DNA of 64,000 nt, from NCBI GenBank assembly GCA_964016885.1, contig OZ024741.1:17918001-17982000 (forward strand), given 5' to 3'. Positions 53,789-64,000 of this stretch are shown piece after piece. Each line of letters opens with the position of its first letter. Positions within the stretch are counted from its first letter, which is position 1. The DNA is from Eledone cirrhosa (taxonomy: Eukaryota). Below the pieces are notes generated by a model. It saw only the letters and a program-made list of their open reading frames with translations. It was not told where the DNA came from and ran no database searches. The position numbers and the translations under genes are program-made.

Positions 53789-54647
53789 TTTTTCATGTTT
53801 GTACATGTGGCTCTTTGTGTGGAATATTCAGTTGTAGCAATCTATGATAGGGAGTAATCATCCTAATATAAATACCTTTAGTACATCATGATAGAATAGA
53901 CTGGGTTTATAATTGGAAACTGAATATAAATATATAACCGTCTATATAAGGGACTCAATTGAGATACCTTATAATGTAAGTTAGAACAGTAATTTAGTTA
54001 TGGAAATCAGCTAGTTACGCATTAACCCCCCTTAATTACACACATACTTCCGGATAATAAACCGATGTAAATTCTCGCATCAGAAACAACCTACTCTATA
54101 AAATTGGATTAAAGAACACTGAGCCGCAATAAGCTAAAATAATTTAATTAAATGCATCAAACATCCAATACGGAATCATCGTTAATTATGTGATGGATGT
54201 ATAAACTATATATTACATTTCCTGAATGTGAAAATGGTGGTGGATACGAAAACCATAACTCTCTTTTGCTTCTCCTTGCTATCTCTATTTTTCTGCACAA
54301 ATACTTTCTTATTATATACAAAAAATACCTTACCACTGCAACCTCCATAATACTCTTACTTACCCACGTAAAGTGCTTGTATTACATGTAACACCCTGCC
54401 ACACAATAATCATATATGAATGAGACACACGTAACTAACGCATACAATAACTACTACATCTGACTAACAAACTATCCGCTTGCATTATCTATGTTAACTG
54501 CCGAATGTATTTTAATTTTGTTTTAATTTTGTTTTAATTATGGTTTAATTTTGATATAGATTTTGACTGTACATCAATATATACATATGTATCTGTATGT
54601 CTATTGCGTTGGAAAGGAGGTCAATCACGTGTACAAACATTGAAAAA

Positions 54648-54694
54648 TGCTCCGAAGAAACTAAGTTTAGGTTTGGATGAAACAATTGTAAGTG
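54648..54694 (+). ncRNA. Variant hammerhead, stem II partly decayed
   Basis: tgct-CCGAAGA-aactaagtttaggtttggat-GAAAC-aatt-GTA-agtg. Confidence 0.55.
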
Positions 54695-54889
54695 AATAAA
54701 TGCTTTGAACATAGCTTTGATTTTTGTGAATTCTATATAACTGCTCTGTAGAACAACTGATGTTATTACATTGATCTATTTATCTTACTGGTAATAAGGT
54801 AGTAATAAATTACTGACCTTCACTGTTTAGGGTTTAAAATATATATAACTATAAAAGTTTTAGTATATACATAACCATAAATAGTATCC

Positions 54890-55525
<636 letters not shown>

Positions 55526-55546
55526 ATATATATATATATATATATA

Positions 55547-56310
55547 AAGTTGTAGTTCCTGTCTGTTTGTTTGTTTGTTCACAAACTCCTATGGTTTTGT
55601 AGATAGACCCCGATAACCACATATATTCTGAAACTACATGCCCAGGGTACTTGGATAAGTATATTTCGTTTAAATCAAAGGGTTCCCCGGGGGCACAAAC
55701 CCCCGCTAAAATATTTTCCCTTCGATTTATATAAAATTTAAACCATAGGTAAATTTAAACCGTAGGTAAATGATGATGCCTATTCACAAAATTTCAGCAA
55801 ATTTGAATAATATTAAGACACCCTAATTTGAATAATATTAAGACACCACTTCTCATTCCGAGGATTCCACTTATACCAAGTGATAGCGAGTTGTCTTTTA
55901 CATTTAAGAGGCTGCAGTTCCCAGTGAGGCCATGCTTTGCCATGAGCATCACCAAGAGTCAAGGTCAAACTTTCAAAACTATTGGTATAGATCTGACAAA
56001 CCCATGTTTCAGTCATGGCATGTTTTATGTGGCTGTTTCAAGGACTGGAACTTCAAAAAATTTCTACATTTTAGCTAATCAAAGAAAGACAAGAAATGTT
56101 GTTTATCCTGAAGTTCTTCATTAGGACAAAGTATGAAATATATTTTCATGTATTTATTATGTTAAAAAATAAATAAGTAAACTTTGAATTTCTAATTTGA
56201 AAATAATGCTTTACATAAAAATGAAATGATCAAGTTTTGAATTGATATTTAAAAAAAAATGATTTACAAGAAACAAAATAAGAATAAGATTTAATAATGT
56301 ATATTAAATA
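55547..56310 (+). mobile_element. Internally deleted Helitron retaining the helicase C-terminus
   Basis: The 5' region with (GTTT)n is homologous to 57480-57732 (inverse), and it contains a Pif1 fragment. Confidence 0.8.
55828..56124 (+). pseudogene. Helitron RepHel Pif1-like helicase C-terminal fragment
   Basis: PRIPL..FKRLQFPVRPCFAMSITKSQGQT..CFSHGMFYVAVSR..RNVVYPEVL. Confidence 0.9.
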
Positions 56311-56313
56311 ATG

Positions 56314-56411
<98 letters not shown>

Positions 56412-56722
56412 TGTGTGTGTGAGTGTGTGTGTGTGTGTGTGCTAAATGCTTGGTACAGTTGTGAAAAAGGAAAAGAATGACATCACATGTAGTTCTAAAT
56501 AATTTAATTCTATAATATTACAATTTTACAATTTTGGTATGCAGATCTACATAGCAAAATTGTAATATATATATTTGTGAAGGAACAGGGGCTGTGGTGT
56601 ATTTATAAATAAAAGGAAAGCACGAACGGAGGATAATTTCCCTTTCATCAGTTGCCTGCTGGAGATCATGGATATTTCAACGCATATATATACATATATA
56701 TAAATATATATATATATATATA

Positions 56723-57732
<1,010 letters not shown>

Positions 57733-57770
57733 TATATGTGTATATATATATATATTGTATATGTGTATAT

Positions 57771-58296
57771 ATATTGTTATACTTTGGGGGGGGGGGGTCA
57801 TGTTGCCAATAAGAACTTAAATAGAAAACATGAATGAAATAGCAACATCACAACTTACAATTAAGGACAAAATGAAAACACACACACATAGAACAAACAA
57901 CCAACTAATTAAATAAACAAATAAAAACACACACAGGCACCCGGATGTAACACATGCGCAAACTATGCACACAACACACACAAAAACAAGATGGCGTAGG
58001 ACAGAACAAAGGAGAGGCACAAAACAAAGAAAGGCATCCCCGGTCACTGATGAGGTCACAGAATGTGTGACGAAAGAACTTTGACAATATATGAACAACC
58101 GTCCGGTTGTGGAACCAACCAACCAACCGGAAATTTATAAATTTTTTTAAATTTATAATTTAATTTATAATAAATTGGAGTGAAAGCAACTGGTACGTGT
58201 GTTCCTTATTTGCAACATGACCCTCCCAAAGTATAACAATATCGGTTTCAACACACGTTTTCAGATAAAGAATCTTGCTAAACAAATTCAGAAACG

Positions 58297-58298
<2 letters not shown>
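57771..58298 (+). mobile_element. Short PLE-like element with inverted end and hammerhead
   Basis: 57771-57816 is the inverse of ~58201-58242; one-sided tail to ~58298. Confidence 0.6.
58043..58085 (+). ncRNA. Minimal hammerhead candidate
   Basis: gtca-CTGATGA-g-gtcaca(gaatg)tgtgac-GAAAG-aa-CTT-tgac. Confidence 0.65.
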
Positions 58299-58352
<54 letters not shown>

Positions 58353-58613
58353 TTTCTTTATTAACCACAAGGGTTTACATAAAGTAGACATTAAGGACAG
58401 TGCAGGACAATGCAGGACGGTACAAATGGGCATTTCTGCGTGTAAAAAAAACAAAAACAGAGGATGTAACAAAAATAACAATGAAAATAACAATGAAAAA
58501 TTCCCCAATAGGGGGGAGACTTCGGAGGGACATTTGTGGAGAAAGCCCAGTAAAAAGCCACAATGACCCTGACCACCAAGGCAAGTGCCCTCTCCCAGTT
58601 TTCCACCTTTAGT

Positions 58614-61600
58614 TTACAGATATATACTCAGAGTCGGCCCATTCACTCGGGCCATTCTTGCTTCTCTCACCCATCTTTCAACAAAATGCTGGGAAGAGAG
58701 CACTTCCTTCTCTACTCTGATTTTCCTTTTCAAATGAAATTTGAAAAAGTCAATCAGAGCATCACCGAAGAGGTAAGTGCTCGTCTTCAGCCCTTTCAAA
58801 CGTGTCCACCATACTATCTCTTTCGCCATGGCCACCAGACAGATAAAAACTGCCTGCCCTTCCCGGCTAAAGGAGGAGGGCGGGGCAATCCTCACGATAG
58901 ACTCAGATGATAGCTGGATCCGTCCTAAACGCGACAGCAGGTGTTCGACATAAACCCACAAGTCAGCAATTTTCGGACACTGGACGAGTGCGTGCAGGAC
59001 GGTTTCGTGGCCCTGCGCGCATCTCGGACATGCCCGGCTGACGGCACCTCCATGCCTGTAGAGTTTATCCCGAACTGGCAAGGCTCCTCGGTAGCACTGC
59101 CAGGCCAGAGATTTCTGGAAGTTGTCCATAGGCCCCGGCCCGAAAGTTCTTCCGAAGAGATTGGCTAGTTGATTTTCGTCGACGCCTAGAGTTTCCCCAA
59201 GTACGTCGTCGCTCTTCCCCTCCACTAATCCTCTATAGAACGCCGAGGTGGAGTTTCCACCGATCACATTGCCCGATTGGTCGAGGGCTGTGAGCGCCTG
59301 AAGACATTCCAGTCTCCAGGCGCTCCCTCTCGGTCTTCGCTTGACCCAGGACTGCAGCTCCGTCAAGGAAACGAGCTGGGGAAAAACGCGTCTAGCAAAC
59401 GGCGACCACACCTGATCACCGTCGAGGAAGAGGTGGAGATGTCGTAGCCTGAGCGCGTGCCTGCGCATCATCAGCCACGGCATGCCCAGCCCTCCACGTA
59501 GCGGGTGTTGACAACAGATGGACCGCCTGACCATCGGAGCACGTCCCTTCCACAAAAAGCGAAAGAGCAAACGCTCCAGCGCAGTCAGGCGAGGCTTAGG
59601 ACAAGGTACGACGGTTAGGCGGTAGCAGATGACAGACGCGATGTACGCGTTAGCCACCTCCGCTCGACCTTTCAGGGATAGCTTCCTCTCCGCCCATTTC
59701 TGGGTGAGAGAAGCCACCCTGCTCGTCACCTCGTCCCAGTTTTTGTCCGTCTGGAGGTCCGGACCGAACCAGACCCCTAGCAATTTAACCGGTCCGTCCG
59801 TCCAGCGCCCGACGACGCTGTTGGACGGCATGGACCTGCCTCTCCAGGTGCCGAGCTGCAGGCCCACTGACTTTTCCTGGTTGATCATTGCTCCTGTCAC
59901 CGCTTCGTATTCTCTTAGTGTAGTGCCGATCGCCTCGATGTGTTTGGCGTTCGACACCACTACGGTGACATCGTCCGCATATGCTGACACGGATCTTCCG
60001 CATCCTAGTTCGCGCGGGACTCCCCTCAACGTCTCCAGTTTGTGCAGTAATGGCTCGAGAGTCAATACGTACAAGAGGGACGAGAGGGGACATCCTTGGC
60101 GGACCGAGCGCATGATGTTGAACGGTTCCGACAGGTGACCGTTCACTCTCACCACAGAGCAGATGTCGCTGTGCATGGCAGCGATCCAGCCTCTGAAGAC
60201 GGGCCCAAAGCCAGCCGCCCTCAGGACTGCCGCTAGGTAACGATGGTCGACCCTATCGAAAGCTTTCGACTGATCTAAATTGATCAAGGACCCACCCGTG
60301 CCAGGTTCCCTAGCTACCCTCTCTACGATGTATCGCATGAGGTGGAGGTTGTCGTGGATGGATCTGTCGGGAATGGCGCATGTCTGCGCCTCTCCCACCA
60401 GACCACCAACGACAAGCGCCAACCTCTTTGCTAGCACCTTGGCCAAAATCTTAAACTCTGTGTTTAGCAGAGTTATGGGCCGGAAATTGTCTATGTTATC
60501 CCCCTTGTTCGGATCCTTTCTCAGCAGTGCCACCGCTCCTCGGCTCACAGAACTGGGAATTCTCCCGTTCTGTTGCCAGTTGCAGTAGACGTCCGCCAAG
60601 AGGCCTCCGAACAAGTCTGGCATCTGTACGTAAAGTTCATAGGGCAGACCATCCAAACCAGGCGATTTACCCCTTGTGCAGCCAGTCATTGCCTCCCGTA
60701 CTTCAGCGGCTGTTATCGGCTTTTCGCAACACCTCGCCTCAGTGGCCGAGAGCCGCGGCAGTCCGTCGAGGTAGACACTAAAGTCCATCCCTCTACCCGG
60801 CCCCCCGCTGCCCCCGAACAGCTGAGCGAAGTGTCGCTGAAAAGCTTCACACATTTGCCCGGGATCGAGTAGCATGCGCCCGTCGTGGTCCACCAAAGAC
60901 CGGATCGTGGCTTTGTTGCCACGACGCGCCTCCGCCACTCGGGCCCATTGAACGGCTTTCGTCCCCTCGTGTCTGAGAGCACGCACCCTAGCTCTGACAA
61001 CGCAGCCTTCGTGCTTTGCATTGAAGAATTGGTCAAGGGCCAATTTCGCCGCAAGCACGTCGGTCGCAATGCCTTTGCTAAGCGCCTCGTCTAATTTTCT
61101 AACTAGTTCTCCCTCTGCTCTATTTTTCTCTATTGCTAAAGCCTTACTAAACCTAATCGATTCTATTCTAATCGCTCTTTTCAGAGCAAACCACCACTTG
61201 TTGTTGACGATGGCCCCCGTCAACGCCCGCTTAACTAGTTCGCTAATCCGGTCTCTGTAGGCCTTGCGCGCTGGTAAGGACGCGTTTAGCTTCCAGTAGC
61301 CGGGTCCTCGTCTATGAAGCCTATCTAAGTCAAGCACACAGATCACGAATTTGTGGTCCGTGTAGCTGACTATCTTGAATTGTGGACAGCCTATGCTAGA
61401 CCTATCTATTTCCCTACAAAATACTCTATCTAGATATGATCTGGATGACCCTATGCGGTTTGTCCAAGTCCACATTGGCACATTCGGGAAATCCAATCGG
61501 TACCTGTCAGACAGTTCAAAACGCCTGAGCAGGTTGGTGAGGCTCTTGCACCCTCCACCCCTATCCGCTAATCCCACACAGTCCCAGCGTGCATCTAAGA

Positions 61601-62033
61601 TCCCGTTCCAGTCGCCCACTAACACTAAAGAGCGGGACGTTCCAAGAAAGGTCTCCAGACGCCGGAAGAAATCAGGCCGCCCTGCTCCTGTCGGGGCATA
61701 GACGGCCACTAGCCTGAAAGCTTGCCCGTCTCCGCTGGTCACGTCCAGCACCACCAGCTTACCCTCTGGGTCCAGGAAGATGGCCCGTATGGCGAGATCC
61801 AAACCTCTCCGAAAAAGCACAGCAACTCCTCCACCCGATCCAGGACGGCTGGGAGATGCGTACACATCGTAGCCGCCGAAGATCGGTGCGAAGGCCCGTG
61901 CTTCGGAGATTCTGGTCTCGCTGATGGCCACTACATCTATGTTTAGTGACCTGAGGTCGTTGAGCAGGTGACCCTGCTTCCATGACGACCCCAAGCCACG
62001 CGCATTTATGCTGCCTATTCTGAGTGAGGTCAT
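58614..62033 (-). CDS. LINE ORF2: APE endonuclease, reverse transcriptase, C-terminal Cys/His domain (1139 aa)
   Basis: INARG, SETR, GDWN, YLDR, TDH, KSPGLDG, FRPITLLN, DQSKAFD, QGCPLS, YADD, CPRC..H..C; no stops. Confidence 0.97.
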   Translation of the reverse strand: MTSLRIGSINARGLGSSWKQGHLLNDLRSLNIDVVAISETRISEARAFAPIFGGYDVYASPSRPGSGGGVAVLFRRGLDLAIRAIFLDPEGKLVVLDVTSGDGQAFRLVAVYAPTGAGRPDFFRRLETFLGTSRSLVLVGDWNGILDARWDCVGLADRGGGCKSLTNLLRRFELSDRYRLDFPNVPMWTWTNRIGSSRSYLDRVFCREIDRSSIGCPQFKIVSYTDHKFVICVLDLDRLHRRGPGYWKLNASLPARKAYRDRISELVKRALTGAIVNNKWWFALKRAIRIESIRFSKALAIEKNRAEGELVRKLDEALSKGIATDVLAAKLALDQFFNAKHEGCVVRARVRALRHEGTKAVQWARVAEARRGNKATIRSLVDHDGRMLLDPGQMCEAFQRHFAQLFGGSGGPGRGMDFSVYLDGLPRLSATEARCCEKPITAAEVREAMTGCTRGKSPGLDGLPYELYVQMPDLFGGLLADVYCNWQQNGRIPSSVSRGAVALLRKDPNKGDNIDNFRPITLLNTEFKILAKVLAKRLALVVGGLVGEAQTCAIPDRSIHDNLHLMRYIVERVAREPGTGGSLINLDQSKAFDRVDHRYLAAVLRAAGFGPVFRGWIAAMHSDICSVVRVNGHLSEPFNIMRSVRQGCPLSSLLYVLTLEPLLHKLETLRGVPRELGCGRSVSAYADDVTVVVSNAKHIEAIGTTLREYEAVTGAMINQEKSVGLQLGTWRGRSMPSNSVVGRWTDGPVKLLGVWFGPDLQTDKNWDEVTSRVASLTQKWAERKLSLKGRAEVANAYIASVICYRLTVVPCPKPRLTALERLLFRFLWKGRAPMVRRSICCQHPLRGGLGMPWLMMRRHALRLRHLHLFLDGDQVWSPFARRVFPQLVSLTELQSWVKRRPRGSAWRLECLQALTALDQSGNVIGGNSTSAFYRGLVEGKSDDVLGETLGVDENQLANLFGRTFGPGPMDNFQKSLAWQCYRGALPVRDKLYRHGGAVSRACPRCAQGHETVLHALVQCPKIADLWVYVEHLLSRLGRIQLSSESIVRIAPPSSFSREGQAVFICLVAMAKEIVWWTRLKGLKTSTYLFGDALIDFFKFHLKRKIRVEKEVLSSQHFVERWVREARMARVNGPTLSIYL

Positions 62034-62068
62034 GTTTAAAATAGAGTGGAAAAGATGGGAAAGACCAC

Positions 62069-64000
62069 TTACCGTACTTTTGGTAGAGGAGGGATGGTTT
62101 TTACATCCCTTTTCACTTGATCGTCTGGTGAAGGGACCGTTGAATCGTCCCTTCGGCTGGTCGTCGGCTCTTCTAAGAGAATGTCTGAATATACTCTTCG
62201 ATTGATGGTTCCTCCTAGGTCCCTGAAATCACCAACTGCGTTGGGGAATTTCGTTTTGATGTTTGTGTATTGTTTCTGTGCTATTTTTAGCAGTCTTATG
62301 TTAGTTGGCGTTTTGATTGGTGCTGGTATTATGTAGTCCTGTTGTGAAATGTCTGTGTGTTCAATTATGTAAGTCATTAGTTTCTTGTTGTGTGTGTTTA
62401 TTGCCGTGCATTTGTTTTTCTGGGGGTGGGGTGTGGTTCTGCTATTTTCTTGTCGTTGTTGCTGGGTGTGTGTGTTTTGTTGTTGTGTTTGCGATGTTGG
62501 TGCTTGTGGTGGTGGTGTTGAAGGTGTTGTTGGCGGTGGGGTTGTCGCCGGTGGTGATGGTGGTGCTGGTGTGGGTGGTGATGGTGTTGGTGGTGTTGCT
62601 GCTGTGGGTCTCTTTGCAGTAGACTTTACTCTTTTCTCATTTCTTTCCTCCCTTTTCAAAGGCGACGATGCGCTGCTTCTGCGTTTGTGCCTTCTTGCGA
62701 CCTTTTGCCATCCCTCTCCCACCTCACACTCCATGTCTGATTCTGTAAGGTCGGGGAGGGGTACCAGCTCCACTCTTTCACTTGTTGTTGTTGGTGATGT
62801 TTGCACTGGAGTCTCTGTTGCAGCTGCATTTGGTATTGCTGTTGTTGTTGTTAATATTTCCACTGCTGCTGCTGTCTTTGATTTCCGTGGAGTGGGTATG
62901 GGTGCCACGGACCTATCGTTCCTGGTTGCCGCTTGTCCTGTTGCTGGTAGCCGTGGAGCCGGATTCGGAAGGAGGGGGGTTTTCTCCTTTCTCAGGGTCT
63001 TCTCGTTGCAGAAGGCCCTGAGGTGAGTCTTCGATCCACAGCGAAAGCATTTCGGGCGTTTGCCTTCAACACTTATGGGCAGTTGAGTGCCGTTATCGAA
63101 GTCTATCACATCCGGGATAGCTTCGATGCACTCCTGGTTGGTTTGGATTAGCATCTCAATGGAGGAGCCGACCCAATCTTCTCTTACTTTTTTCTGTACT
63201 TGCAGTACAGTTGTTTTGTCCTCGATTCCGACGAGGACAGACGCGGCCAGCCAAGAAGGGGTCATTCCGGGGGGGACGTGGGTCAGTTTGACCCTCACAA
63301 TTTTTTGCCCACAGTAGGAGGGCACCAACACCATTTCCTCGCTCCTTAGGGTCACTACTGATTGGGCCTTTGCCTCCTGGGGTGTGGCAAAAAGTACGTC
63401 TACGGTGGCATATTTTTTGCCTCGGGTGATGTGCGTTTTCCGCTGCCACACAGACCCCAAGGCTTTTTGTATTTGGGCCTCTGTGGCTCTTTCCACCCTA
63501 CGGGATTTTGTACTTACTGTACGGTACGTGACCGTACAGTGCTCTTGGGTTTCGAAAAAATTTTTCGCTGCCTTGCAGATTGCTCGGTGTCCGTTCTTTG
63601 TCACCATCTTCTTCGCTTCCTCTAATTCCTCATTTGTTATGAGGATTGTTTCCAAGTTTTTCGCAATACCTGCAAATGAGATTGGTTTTTCTCTGCTGTT
63701 GTTGTTGTCGTCAGAGCTGCTGGTACTTTTGTTGTTGCTGCAGGTACTACGACTACTGCCTCCGCCGCTGTTGCTGTGGTTGTTGTTGGTGTTGCTGCTG
63801 CTAATGCTGTTGTTGTTTATGCTGCTGCTGATGCTGTTGCGGCTGCTACTGTTGTTTTCATTGTCACTGTTGCTGTTGTTATTACGGCTGCTACTGCTAT
63901 TATTCCTGACGTCAGACGAATGAACTGGGTTTTCGTATTTCCCGCACACCTGTTTCGTCGCTGTCGTCGTCGTCGTGGAGAAACCTTGCACGCTTTGCAC
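62069..64000 (-). CDS. LINE ORF1 gag-like protein with CCHC knuckle; true start uncertain (frame open at window edge)
   Basis: CFRCGSKTHLRAFC; N/S-rich N-terminus; P/T-rich linker. Confidence 0.88.
   Translation of the reverse strand: MQSVQGFSTTTTTATKQVCGKYENPVHSSDVRNNSSSSRNNNSNSDNENNSSSRNSISSSINNNSISSSNTNNNHSNSGGGSSRSTCSNNKSTSSSDDNNNSREKPISFAGIAKNLETILITNEELEEAKKMVTKNGHRAICKAAKNFFETQEHCTVTYRTVSTKSRRVERATEAQIQKALGSVWQRKTHITRGKKYATVDVLFATPQEAKAQSVVTLRSEEMVLVPSYCGQKIVRVKLTHVPPGMTPSWLAASVLVGIEDKTTVLQVQKKVREDWVGSSIEMLIQTNQECIEAIPDVIDFDNGTQLPISVEGKRPKCFRCGSKTHLRAFCNEKTLRKEKTPLLPNPAPRLPATGQAATRNDRSVAPIPTPRKSKTAAAVEILTTTTAIPNAAATETPVQTSPTTTSERVELVPLPDLTESDMECEVGEGWQKVARRHKRRSSASSPLKREERNEKRVKSTAKRPTAATPPTPSPPTPAPPSPPATTPPPTTPSTPPPQAPTSQTQQQNTHTQQQRQENSRTTPHPQKNKCTAINTHNKKLMTYIIEHTDISQQDYIIPAPIKTPTNIRLLKIAQKQYTNIKTKFPNAVGDFRDLGGTINRRVYSDILLEEPTTSRRDDSTVPSPDDQVKRDVKTIPPLPKVR

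Larger units (their letters stand above)
58351..64000 (-). mobile_element. Tx1/L1-clade LINE, copy D, both ORFs open (5' end beyond window)
   Basis: ORF1, 35-bp spacer, ORF2, then a 3' UTR ending TGTGGTTAATAAAGAAATC followed by (ATT)n. Confidence 0.96.

Noticed and set aside
58941-63923. Short ORFs antisense or alternate-frame to the LINE ORFs (also at 1-7.1 kb)
   Set aside because: Shadow frames of GC-rich coding sequence with no recognisable motifs.

Overview
This is eukaryotic, repeat-saturated animal DNA. The SINE, LINE and microsatellite content is typical of an octopus or other cephalopod (inference), and no host gene is securely identifiable. Contents: (1) four Tx1/L1-clade LINEs, three stacked at 1-7.1 kb in a (TATAGCTG)n satellite and one at 58.35-64 kb with an intact ORF2; (2) two Naiad-type Penelope-like elements (PLEs) and one Neptune-type PLE, each with kb-scale inverted termini, plus many short PLE 3' ends; (3) R4/Dong and RTE retrotransposon remnants, Helitron copies, a mariner MITE and tRNA-derived SINEs; (4) large 33-bp and 57-bp tandem arrays. 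The most interesting signal is in the non-coding RNA layer. I read about 13 hammerhead ribozyme motifs by eye, two of them with a ~100-nt branched domain II. A non-coding ~0.5-kb hammerhead unit is tandemly repeated like a retrozyme (circular-RNA retroelement). A hairpin, RCUC-stem-UU-GAGY, is shared by four otherwise dissimilar PLE 3' ends, and four independent insertions terminate 4-8 nt upstream of it. All RNA structures were paired manually and none has been computationally folded or tested.
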